A stretch of 35,732 nucleotides of DNA from Jimgerdemannia flammicorona. Its lineage: Eukaryota. This document shows, one piece after another, positions 23,055-34,860 of the stretch. The position numbers were made by a program, and so were the translations under genes. The notes under the pieces were generated by a model, which saw only the letters and a program-made list of their open reading frames with translations, ran no database searches and was not told where the DNA came from. The first letter of the stretch is position 1; the number at the start of each line of letters is the position of its first letter. The stretch covers positions 1 to 35,732 of the forward strand of contig RBNJ01000242.1 in assembly GCA_003990765.1 (NCBI GenBank), read 5' to 3'.

Positions 23055-24487
23055 TATAACATACCAAAAATATATCACCCAAATTATATCTTAGCCAGAT
23101 AATATGAACAATTAGTAACTTAGTCAGATGATGTGAACATATAGCATAGTGACCAGACACAGCAACCATTGCTGCAGAAAGTGTATAAATAGCCAGACTA
23201 CTAGATAAGATATATCTGTGCAGAACCTGTATACTTGTATCAGACCTGCACACTTGTGCTGGACCTATACAACTTGCCATAAGTAATAAATCTATAGTTA
23301 GCCAAATAGCAACCAGATAGAAACCAACCTGTATAAAATACCCCAGAGACAAGAGTGAATAAACCTCAGTCTGAAATTCAGAACACATTTCAACTCTGGT
23401 TCACTTTCCAATACAAAGAAGAGTCTGAAATTGAAGTAAAATATAAGTCTGCCTACTATACTTCAAGAGGAACTCTACAGCCACTGCTAGGAGATTGTGA
23501 GATTATTTCCCCACTCTAGCCCACTTTCTGATACAAAGCTTGAAGATTTTGTCACCAAGTTGAAGTGAAGAACTTTGCTGCCTTTGGAATTATTGGTATA
23601 CTTACTAGACTAAGTCAGAAGAATCTGAGTTTGCTGCCCAAGTTCAAGGAAGAACTTTGCCACCATTTGAGTAATCTGCTGCTTAAGAAATAAGCCACTA
23701 TTTCCAAGTTATCCACATTCCCAGAAAGCCTAAGAGAAAGCTGCCTTGTTTAAGCCAGTTTCTGATGCAACTTCACAGTAATCTGTTATACAAATGAAGT
23801 CAGTCTTTGATGTAACTTTACCAAGAGACCCTTTCCCAAAGCTGTCAGTTGTTTGTATTCTCAGTTAAAGCCACCAATTCAGAAAAAATCTGCAACACCC
23901 AAGTTATTATTCCCAGAAGAACCTGATTTAGAAGAATCCATGCCATCCAAGTTATTTTTCAGAAGCCTGCCAATTTAAGAAGAATCTGCAACATCTAAGT
24001 TATTTGTCATTCCTAGTGAGCCCAAGTTATTGAATAATTTTCTGCCAGTATAATTCCCAAATGTTCCATATAAGAAACCCACCATGCTATACAAATCACT
24101 ATATAGAAATTACATAAGGAAACCACCAAATTGCCAGACCATTATGCATAAGGAACCCATTACACTATACAAGATCATCACTCAGAAATTGCATAAGAAA
24201 CCTGCTGTGCCACACAGAGATTATTATGTTACATACAAATTCTGCCAATTTCCAGTTGACCTAAGAAGGAAATCCATTTATATACAAATTGCTACTATAT
24301 CCAGAGAACCATCCCAATAAGGAAATTGCTCACAGATATCTAGCTTTGACTATTATACCACTAAATACCAAGGACCTCAGAAATCTTAGAACATTTTGTT
24401 GCTTTTTAACAAAGTAACTAGGGGCTCAAGTCAAACTACATCAATCCCAATCTTGTAATTTGCCTCAATTGAGCCAGGCACATTACA
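23055..24487 (+). repeat. 3' LTR of element B
   Basis: Preceded by PPT-like TTTAGTGAGGGCTGA (23040-23054); ends CATTACA; colinear with 14112-15530. Confidence 0.92.
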
Positions 24488-24491
24488 ATAT

Positions 24492-25506
24492 ACTGAGCAA
24501 TATTTAGCAGAATTCTATTTATGAAAGTCATTGGACCTATAATGTCTTGGTTGGTAGTATTGAACTCAGCTATATATATTCTCTTCTGAATTCTTATAAA
24601 GAATACTCTGGGCAATTCTCAAAGATTCATCTTCATTACTATGATAAATTCTTGAGTCTTATAGCAGATCTCATTTCCTGTATACCTCTCAATGAGCCAA
24701 TATACCATGGCTTCATATTCTACTAGCCAAGTTGATACTATATTGGTGGCTGCTCTAAGGTCTAAATTGATATTATTTCTTACTCAGATAAAAATTCCTT
24801 TGGCTGGTTCTCTGAGCTGGGCCTTGTTGATGGTAATTTTTCTTTTAGGAAAAAGGTTCTTCAGTACTATAATTCCTTTGATTCCATCAAAGAATTCTCT
24901 TGGGTCTTCTTTAGAGTATTCTGCAAAGGTTGGTAATGGGGTGGCCATTTTATCATTACTGTCTTCTGATTCTAGTTCTGGTTCAGATTCTGACTCTAGT
25001 TTAGATTCAGATTCTGATTCACTTTCTGAATTGTTGCTGGAGTTCAAGATACTGGGTATTCTGAGGATAGTGTTGAAGATCTTGAGAGAGATAGAATAGG
25101 TCTGGATATTCTTGAAGGAGCTATTCCTTAATCTTCTTGTTCTATGATAGCTAGTAGTAGTGGTTCAATAAGTGAAATTGGTGAGACTTCTGCAGAAAAT
25201 CAGACTTGTTCAATGAGGTCCTTAAGTTATTGTGCAAGCTCATCAAAAACTCTGGTAGAGCTGCCTGTGTAATCTGGTTGATCTGGTTGGTCCTATAATA
25301 AGTCTATTAGTACTGGCTAGAGATTCTGTACTATATTGACTTCTAGTTGAGATCTTTCCAATACTGGATAGTTGGCAAGTCTTGAAGTGATTACTTCTCT
25401 TTCTGTCTAAATACTGGTAATGACTAGTTCTCTTATAGTGGTAGAGATTGGTATTGTATCAAATATATCCAGTTTGACTGTAGGTTCTTGTGAGCTGAAA
25501 AGTTAT
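24492..25506 (-). pseudogene. gag: 5' part of element A gag
   Basis: SESESE...KMATPLPTFAEYSKEDPREFFDGI matches B gag (KMATLLPIFTEYPEEDPREFLDGI). The start ATG is mutated to ATA at 25506-25504. Confidence 0.88.
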
Positions 25507-25522
25507 ATCAATTTTGAAATTT

Positions 25523-25540
25523 TTTCAGTTGAGCCCCAAA
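25523..25540 (-). promoter_or_regulatory. Primer-binding site of A (tRNA-Pro-like)
   Basis: Minus strand TTTGGGGCTCAACTGAAA immediately after the 5' LTR end. Confidence 0.65.
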
Positions 25541-26732
25541 TGTAATATGTCTAGCTCAATAGAGATAAATTACAAGATTGGAGGTTGATGTAGTTTGGCT
25601 TGAGCCCCCAGTTACTTTGTCAAAAAGCAACAAAATATTCTAAGATTTCTGAGATTCTTGATATTTAGAGATATAATAGTCAAAGCTAGATATCTATAAG
25701 CAATTTTCTTATTAAGATAGGTTCTTGAGTATAGTAGCAATTTGTATATAATGTAGGTGATTTGTATAATGGTTTCTATATAGCACAATGATCTCTGTAT
25801 AGTACAAGTAAATTTCTTATATGAGACAATCTGAAAATTTGGTAGCTTCTTTATTGAGTAATGATTTCTAAAAGTACACTATTTCTGGTACATATGATGA
25901 TCTTAGTATGATGAACTCAGTGTGATAAACTTAGTAGTATTCTTTATGTAGGTTTGGTGGATAACTTGATTTGGTACAGATTCTCCTATATCAGCAGATG
26001 ATATAAATAATTCAGATAACTTAGATAACTTCAATAATGCAGATTCTTAACTCATTGGAAATATTAGATAACTTGATAACTTGAGCAACTTAGATAATAG
26101 GTTTTTGATAAGTTATATCAAAGACTAGCTTTATTTATATAGGGTTATGTCATAGACTAGCTCCACTATGAAGTTGTATCAGATAGACTAACTTGTGATA
26201 AGATTTCTACAAGTTCTCTAAGAATAGCAGATTCTTCAAATAGTGGTAAAGTTCTTTACTTAAACTTAGATGGCAAAATACTCAGATTCTTTAGACTTAT
26301 CTGGCAAGTGTACCAATTAATCTTTATATTGAAAAGTAGACTAAAGTTGAAATATATTCTGAATTTTGGACTCTTCTTTATATCAGAAAGTAAACTGGAG
26401 TTGAAATATATTCTAAATTTCAGACTGAGGTTTATTCACTCTTGTCTCTGGAGTATTTTATATAGTTGTGATTGTTATCTGGTTACTATATATATTGCTA
26501 ATTATAGATTACTAAATATGACAGATATATCTGAATGGTATAGTGTACTAGACTGATATAGTATATCTACTCAGTATAGTATACTGGACTAGTATAGATA
26601 AACATACTATTTCTGATATCTCTGGCTAATTATACAGGTTGGCACAGTAAAGTAGTCTTGGTTGCTTAGGTATACTAGATATGGTATGTAGCTAATTTTT
26701 ATTTTAGTAAGATAATTCTACTCCTCATTATA
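25541..26732 (-). repeat. 5' LTR of element A
   Basis: Direct repeat of 5966-7218; terminal ...CATTATA (from CATTACA). Confidence 0.9.
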
Positions 26733-26733
26733 C

Positions 26734-27111
26734 TAGGAATCTTAGCTATAGCTAAGCCACTGGCTGGCCAGATGGCTGGGTTTAATTTTCAGGTTATAGT
26801 AAATAGGAAGACTATTGGCCAATGACTGACCAGAGTGGCTCAGCCTTAAATTTATAGATTGGCTACTTGACTAAGTGACTAGGCCTTATTTGATTATTGT
26901 GATTTCTAAATTTTCTAAATTAAATAAATACTACTTAACTAGTTAGCTATAAATTTAATACCAGAATAAAATAGCTCAGTTTTAAATTTATAGATTGACT
27001 AGTTAGCTAGACTAAATTTAAGGTCAAGCCACTTAGCCAGTTGGCTATAAATTTAAGACTAAGCTATCTTTATCAGCCATTAACTATATGGCTAGTTATC
27101 TAAGATCTCTA
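26734..27111. mobile_element. Second copy of the hAT-like MITE family (left end differs and is uncertain)
   Basis: About 26816-27111 is colinear with 7447-7740 and ends ...AAGATCTCTA. TAGGAATCTTAG at 26734 matches the first 12 nt of the inverted right end at 10/12. No 8-bp TSD recoverable. Confidence 0.75.
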
Positions 27112-27122
27112 ATAGTATATAT

Positions 27123-27612
27123 TGTGATAGTTGATTCAAATTAGGAATACAAATCAGAGGAATAGATATTTGATTATAGTATCTGAATCCAATTCCCAAA
27201 TATAGTATAGCTTTACAAATAGCAGTTATAGTATTTTGTAAATGTTAAAGTTTTACAAATATTAAACTCTTTATAAATATTAAAGATCTTATAGATGTTA
27301 AAATTTTAGCAATTATCAAAGATTTAGTAGATGTTAAAAAATTTAATACTTATGAAAAGTAACTCATAACTTAGCCACCTTATAGCTAGCAAACTTATAA
27401 AAATATCTCTAGTATCTAGAGTAAATAAACCTCAGATTGAAATAGTTCAAAGCAAAGAGAAAGCAAAGAAACTAGTAGGCCTGTGGACAGATATATATAT
27501 TTTGAACTCACTCACCCCTACATCCTGGGGACTCTGTAGAGTTAAAGAAGATCAAGTTTACAAGATATAGAAATCTGATATACTTGTACAGTTATGTATC
27601 TGCTATATTACA
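27123..27612 (+). repeat. 5' LTR of element C
   Basis: TGTGATAGTTG...CTATATTACA; TATAAAA then AATAAACCTCAG (about 27396-27435); repeated at 33327-33813. Confidence 0.9.
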
Positions 27613-27659
27613 ACTTGATGTCTATTGACTAGTAATTCAAGTCAAGATGAATTCCTTAC

Positions 27660-30600
27660 TTTTAAACTGAACAACAAACAACTACTACCATCTGAACAAC
27701 CATATAAATCAAATCAAGACATCCAGACAAGATGAATATAAGACTATTAGTATTCTACAGATATACTTCAGACAAATTAATTATTACATTTATTGATAAT
27801 TTTGAGCAGTATACTGCTGTAAGGACTCTGATAGCAAGATAGTAAGACAGTAAGTAACTCTTATATCCTTCAGTCTCCAAGGACCAGCAAGAGCAGTATT
27901 TATAGTTATAATCTATATAGGAAATAATTATAATACTATGCTAACAATATAGAAGATCTGGCTTTAAACTACCTACTATATAGATGAGATCAAGCAAACT
28001 CTAAAGAATAAGCTCAATACAATATATCAAGGAATGAGCAAGGACCTAAATATATTCTATACCAGAATCTGATATTAGATAATTCTTGTTTTTTATGCTG
28101 ATGCTATCTGAGATCAAATAGCTGAAGCAACCTTTATGAAAGAAGTTTATCCAGAGATAGTCATGGCTATCTACTTATCACTAATAGTCTTAGATCTAGT
28201 ACAAAAGATTACCTATACTCAACAATACTAGATAGTCAGACATCTATAAGACCATATAATAGAAAGAGTTACTGAAGTCAAAATTGAACCATTCAAGACA
28301 ACTAGCATAATCTCTACTATAGTGATCAATCAAAACACACCTCAGCTAAGAACTACTAAGTAGCAGAGAAATAGTGACCCTATAGAGGAACTTGCTAAGA
28401 AGCTTGCTAAAATAACTACTCATCTAGGAGATATAATAAAGGATTAGAGGAAGAGATTGCCACTTAGTTCAGAAGTTTGCTGCTACCTTAGATAAGAAGA
28501 GAGGTACCTACTATACATATAAAGAAGAAGGTCACTACTCATATAAATATATAAGTAAGATTAAGCATAAAGCTCAGCCAAGCAATGCTACAAGAAATAA
28601 GAATAGGTCAACACTATTATCTTTGAAGAAATTAGAGAATTAGATGAAGAAGAATGAGAAGCCTATTCTGCTGAGACTATTAAGAAGAATGTCCACAGGT
28701 AACTCTACAAGAGACCACTAGAGAGATCTAAGAAGAACTCTATAGAGAAACAGATAGAGAGTATTATAGAAAGTCAAGCTAAAGAAATGGATCAAGATAT
28801 AGAGTTGAAATAGGCTATCTAAGACATCATCCAAGGAACCATCTTAGTTAGCAAAGGAGATCTTTAAGTATAATATCTTCAAGGATCTCCCTTTGGCCAG
28901 CTGATAGAAATATCTATATTCAGATAGCAAATGAGATACAGACTTGCTGAGACAACTAAGGAACAAGGATAGAAGATAACTGAAGTCAACAATATTTAAT
29001 AAGACTTGAGAGAAGAAAGTAAAGACAATTGCAAGACCTCTACCTATGCAATCTGTTAAATCAGATAGAATCTGTAAACCTATTATTGACATTAGAGCAG
29101 GAGAATGTCTCCTCAGTAAGAAAGCAACAAACTGCCTAGATTGGGAGGTTGAAGAAGTAATCAAATTAGTGTTTGTTATAGCAGATGGCACAGAGCCACA
29201 CCTCTAGAAAAGATTCAGAATGTTTTCATAAGTTCAGAGGAGCAACAATCTCAGTAAATGTAATTGTAACCAATACTACTAACTATGATATCCTCATCAG
29301 CAACCAGTGGCTTCATAAAGTCAGAGCAATAATTGATCTGAATGCTCAGAAGATGTAGATTATCTACTAAGATCAGAAGATGTAAATTCCCATCAATATC
29401 AACAAAGGAGTACTGTTTGAGATAAAAAAAGAAAAAAGCAAGCAAAAAGAAGCCTATATAGTGGCTATACAGAAAAAGAAGAAGAATGGTGCAAAAGAAT
29501 CATTGAAGAATATATGCCACAAGGAGTCTGCTCTTATAGAATTAAGATATACTATATGAAATATATTGATAATTACTACTAGTATATCAGTAAGATCAAG
29601 AAAATCTATTATAAAGAAGACAGAAGGCTCTTAAGAACAGACAAGGTAAGAAAAGGAGAAGAAAGAAGATGATAACCACCAGCCCTCCTAAAGAATAGTA
29701 ATAACAAAGAAGAAATCAAGGTCAAGATTCAGAAAATCCATCCTAATATAGTTCTATCTGAATATAAGTTCAAGAATGTAGCTGGAATAAATATTACCAT
29801 AGTAGAGAAAACTATACTAGAGCTCTAGACAACTACTCTGCTTGCAACTAGTCTGGAAATGACCATTCCAAAGGACTATATCAGGATCCTCAAGTTAAGA
29901 AGCAGTCTGACCAAGAGTAAGATTATCATTAAAGGAGGAGTCATCAATTTAGACTATATTGAGAAAATACTACTCATTACTAGAAATAATAACCCTATAA
30001 TTCTATTTTCAATTAAGAAGAAGGACCAATTGGCATAGATATTGATCTTCCTAGTTCTTCAGCCAAAGATTATAGAAGTCAAGAAGTTGGAGAAAATAGA
30101 AAGAGGTAGAAAAGGATTTAAATCTACTAGAAGAGGAGTATTTACTAGGACCAAGATTACAGAACTAGATCACAAGGAGAAAACTACAAATAAGTATAGC
30201 TATACTATTGAAGATGAATTCCTACTCAAGAAGAAACTCAAGAAGATACTCTATAAATTTAAGGATATCCTAGCCATAGACTTCAAGGATATCAAGAGAA
30301 AGACTCTATACTACTATCATGATATAGATATAGAAGACACTGAACGAATCTACCAAAAAGCAGACCAATTTCACCAGCCTATCATAAATAGCTCAGAGAA
30401 GAAAACAAGCAGATGGAAGAAGCTGGTATCATCAAAGAAGCTAGTAGCCCTTGGGCTTCACCAGTTATATTGGCCCTAAAAAAAGGAAGTAAATTAGAAG
30501 AATTTGCTCCAAGGCTCTGTACTGATTACAGAAAGCTCAATCTGGCTACAAAGAAGGATCACCAATCACTGCCCCTCATCAGTGACATTCTTTTAACTTT

Positions 30601-32829
30601 GAGAGACAAAGTATAGCACTATAGTATCTTGAATTTATACTCAGGATTCTACCAGATTGGTCTCACTGAAGCAGTAAGTGAAAAATCAGTCTTTATTACT
30701 CTAGACAGAACCTCTGTCTATCTATAAATACCATTTGAAATATGCAATATACTAGCAAGCTTTTAGCAAATAATAAATAAAATCTTCTGCTATAATATAA
30801 GAAGATAGATAATGGTTTATATAAATAATATTATTATCTATAGCAAAACAGCTGAAGAATATCTGCAGCACATCCCACAGATAATAGAGAAGCTAAGATA
30901 GTATGGTCTTTACATCAAGCCCAAGAAGTACAAGTTTGTAGAAATTGAGATTTTCTATCTTAGCTATATTATTAACTAAGATAGAACACATGCAGACCCC
31001 CTTAAGATTCAAGCAGTAGTAGTATACCTAAGATCCACCACTATTACTGAAGTCCAAGCCTTCATGGGACATACCTCTTACTACTGCAGATTTATCAAAG
31101 AATTCTCTATTATTGCAAGCTCAATCTATAAACTCAACAAAAAGAATATTAAGTTTCAATAGACTGACAGATAATAGAAAACATTTGATAAGCTCAAGAT
31201 TAGGCTGAACTAAGCACCCATCCTTAGAAAATCTGATTAGACTCAAGAATTCATCTTGTAGATAGATATAAGTACCCAAGTACTAGGAGCTATCCTGGTC
31301 TAAAAAAAAGACAAAGTAGAATACATCATTGCATATCTCAGCTGAGGAACTCAAGGAGCTAAAAAGGAGTATGAATCTTATAAGTTGGAATATCTTACAG
31401 TCATCTGAGTTATAGAGAAGTTCCACTACTATCTTAAATGAAGATACTTCACCATCTAGACAGATCACTCCACTCTCACTTGACTATTAACTACTGGATA
31501 ACTCAATGGAATCTATATCAGATAGTTTATAAAGTTGCAAGCCTATAACATAATCATCATACACCACCCTGATAGAACTAATGCTAATATAGATACTCTC
31601 TCACAGATACTCCAAAGGACTCTCAACCAGCAAATCAACCATGAATAAGAAACTCTACTTGAAATTATTACTTATCTGAGATAGCAAAAGATGCTCCAAC
31701 ATCTGGAAGAATGAACACAAATGATTATTAATAGAATATGGAAATAATTTAAGACTAATAGAGAAATACTAAAGAAAGAAAAGCTACTAGTCATACCCAA
31801 ATACAAGAAGGAGTAAACAATGAAATCAGTATATAAACTTAGCTATCTAGGAAGAATAAATATATATAATAAAGCAAAAAGAACAATATAGTAGCTAGGA
31901 ATGGAGGAAGATATCAGATGATTTGTCAAGATCTGTAATAGATATTAGAAACAGAAGCAAGATCAATAAAATTAGACCCCAGGATTAGTACACATAGAAC
32001 TAGTACTCTTTACATATATTATAATAGATATAATCAGCCCCCTATCCTTGACTTTAAATGGCTACTAATATATCATTATCATTATAGATCTTTTCACAAA
32101 ATAGATAGAGACAGAATCTCTCAAAGAAGCTAATATATAGTCAATTACTGATTTCTTCCATATAGAAATCATATGCCAATTCAAGACTCCAATACAAGTA
32201 ACAATAGATAGAGAAACAGAATTCATAAATAAGTTCTTTGAGATTCTCTACAAGAAGTATAAGATATAGTACATTTGAACTATAGTCTATTACTCTCAGA
32301 AATATAGATAAGCAGAAAGGACCAATAAGATCTTTAAGAATATCATTGCTAAGATCTGTGATAATTATGAAAACTGAGATTACTATCTGCTAATAGTATT
32401 ATCTGCTCTTCAGGATATCTGATTACAAAGCATACATTTTACCCCTTAAGAGATACTATTCAGAGAAGAAAGGTTTTAAGAAATCTTACTATCTAATAGA
32501 GATACTATATAGAAATATATGGATACAGAAATATGGAGACTATACTAAATCAGAAAGAAGACTAAGGATTACATAATCAAGACACAGATACTACAATAGA
32601 ATAATACAAGAAAACTTACAAGTCTCTGGAGATTATCAAGATAGGAGGCAAAGTTCTAGTAAATCAAAATATAGTAGAAGCTTTATGGTCATAAAAACTA
32701 GAGCCTAAGTGGAAAGGACCTTACCTTGTATAAGATATAAAAAGAACTATCTTTTGGCTACAAAAACTCTCAGACACAATCATCCCTACTACCATTCACT
32801 GAAACTCACTCAAGAAGTATTATGGCTAA
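27660..32829 (+). pseudogene. gag-pol: Element C gag-pol (5' boundary approximate)
   Basis: Knuckle YYTYKEEGHYSYKY (CCHC with Cys->Tyr, 28509-28550); protease IIDIRAG (about 29082); dUTPase (AGINI, LRSSL, GGVINLDY, RGRKGFKST; about 29720-30135); RT SPWASP / LCTDYRKLN / YINN (30818-30829); RNase H; integrase KLEPKWKGPY. Confidence 0.9.
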
Positions 32830-32882
32830 TTAATGGAGTATTACTATAGCCCTCAAGATTACCAATACTACATAATGAGCTA

Positions 32883-33281
32883 TAGAAAGACAATGATGCA
32901 CTACTGAGCTTGATTATAGAAGAATCCTTTAATAGTATCTAGAGTATTTTTCAGATACACTTATCATGAATCTTGTATTTTAAGGCCTATCAGAACTAGA
33001 CTGAGGTTCAAGAATACTTCAAGTTGGGACAGCTACTAAACTCACAGCTAGAGATGGGTAAAGAAGATTGGATTAGAGAGTGCCAGCTCTCTCATACTCA
33101 GATAACAGTTATCAAGTGAGTTAACAAGTTGTTCAAAGATGATGAGCCAGCTCTAGCCTATTTTTGAGAAGTAGTTTTAGGAGACTTTGGATATATTAAG
33201 AGATACATATTATTGAGAGAATGTAATAGCATAAATTATACAGTAAAAGGAGATATAAATTGTAGAAGCTTGGGAGTTTGA
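32883..33281 (+). pseudogene. Accessory ORF downstream of pol in element C (start uncertain)
   Basis: ...FQIHLS*ILYFKAYQN*TEVQEYFKLGQLLNSQLEMGKEDWIRECQLSHTQITVIK*VNKLFKDDEPALAYF*EVVLGDFGYIK has the same position and motif spacing as the B accessory ORF. Confidence 0.65.
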
Positions 33282-33326
33282 GTAAATAGGATATTTCAGA
33301 GATGAATCATCTATTTAGAAGAAAGT

Positions 33327-33813
33327 TATGATAGTTGATCTAAATTAGAAATACAAATTAGAAAAATAGATATTTGATTATAGTACCTGAATCTAATTCT
33401 TAAATATAGTATAGCTTTATAAATAGCAGTTATGAGTATTTTGCAAATATTAAAGTTTTCACAAATATTAAACTCTTTGCAGATATTAAAGATCTTACAG
33501 ATGTTAAAGTTTTGATAATCATCAAAGATTTAGCAGATATTAAGGATTTAACACTTGGGAAAAGTGACTCATAACTTAGTCACCTTATAGCTAGTAAACT
33601 TGTATAAATATTCCCAGTATCTAGAATAAATAAACCTCAGATCAAAATAGTTTAAAGTAAAGAGAAAGTAAAGAAACTAATAGACCTGTAGGAAGATATA
33701 CTTCAAACTCACTCACTCCTATATCTTAAGGACTCTGTAGAGTTAAAGAAGATTAAGTTTTCAAGATATAGAAATCTGATATATTTATATAGTTATATAT
33801 CTGCTATATTACA
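33327..33813 (+). repeat. 3' LTR of element C
   Basis: Direct repeat of 27123-27612. Confidence 0.9.
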
Positions 33814-34860
33814 ATATACTTTTTGGTAAGTTTTTCACTTATTACACTTTTTTTATTATATATATATACTTTTTTCACTTATTATACTTTTTTTTTATAG
33901 TCACCCACCTATAGTTTTTACCCACTCATCTTTCATTTATTATCTCTTATGTTGTAGCAATATATAGGCAAATTTTTCTGTAAAAATTATTATTTTACCA
34001 AATGTAGTACATATCTGCAAATATATTTAGTATAAAATCTCTCTTTTTATATATATTATAGTATAAATATATATAATAACTATAATATAAATATAAAATA
34101 TTATAATAATATTTCTATTAACTATTATTATCTGTCTATAATTTTCTTATCTCAAGTTCAAAATTCTCACACTTCTAATAATTGTAAAATCTTAAAATGG
34201 CCAAGTGTGATATGTGATTGTAAAATCTCAAAGTGACTATGAAACCTTGTGGCTAATGTACAGTTTTTGTAGCTGATATACCTTTTTAATAATAGTTTAC
34301 AAACAAATAATAATTAAAAGATAAGCATTCCAATCAACTACTTTAACCTTCTAGTTAATATTAAAAACTATATTTATAAAATCCAAACCTCTCTTATTAA
34401 ATCAATATTAAAAGAAGTATATATTATAGTCAACAAAGAAATATTTTACACATCAAAAACTGATATTACCCCTTTACTAACTTTAGCTAATAATGAGAAT
34501 ACTTCTGATGATGAGGAGTATATTTAGATGAAGCAAAAAGCCAAAATATATATCATATGAAATATCAGAATATATAATAAGTAATAAGTCTAGAAGAAAG
34601 CTACTACTGCTATCTGAAAGAAAGCTACCACTGCTACCACTACTATCATTATTACTCCCACCACTATCACTACTACTACTGCTACTATTACTATTATTAT
34701 CACCCTCACCACCACCTCTACTATTAAATGAAAAGTTGAAAAGAATATTAAATGAGCCTAGAAGAAAGTTAAAGACACTAACAAAATATAACAAATTAGT
34801 GCTACTTTGTAAAAAGTCAAAGTAATTCAAGTACAATCTTCACAACCTATTGAAATATAC

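Larger units (their letters stand above)
14112..24487 (+). mobile_element. Ty3/Gypsy LTR retrotransposon B (sister of A), full length, decayed, nested antisense in gag of A
   Basis: LTRs at 14112-15530 and 23055-24487. 4-bp TSD ATAT (14108-14111 / 24488-24491). Removing B and one TSD restores A gag colinear with B's own gag at about 16515-16570. Confidence 0.95.
5966..26732 (-). mobile_element. Ty3/Gypsy LTR retrotransposon A (dUTPase-bearing, decayed), interrupted by element B and a MITE
   Basis: Direct-repeat LTRs at 5966-7218 and 25541-26732. 4-bp TSD CTAG (5962-5965 / 26733-26736). PBS next to the right LTR and PPT next to the left LTR. Order gag-PR-dUTPase-RT-RH-IN on the minus strand. 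Confidence 0.92.
27123..33813 (+). mobile_element. Ty3/Gypsy LTR retrotransposon C (different family, dUTPase-bearing, heavily decayed)
   Basis: About 490-bp LTRs at 27123-27612 and 33327-33813. 4-bp TSD ATAT (27119-27122 / 33814-33817). Purine tract at about 33317-33325. Order gag-PR-dUTPase-RT-RH-IN. Confidence 0.92.

Noticed and set aside
27613..27632. tRNA identity of the element C primer-binding site
   Set aside because: ACTTGATGTCTATTGAC is too mutated to assign.
11665..31468. Numerous short antisense or off-frame ORFs in the track (e.g. 17585-18417 minus, 28844-29191 minus)
   Set aside because: Shadows of decayed gag-pol with no independent coding motifs.
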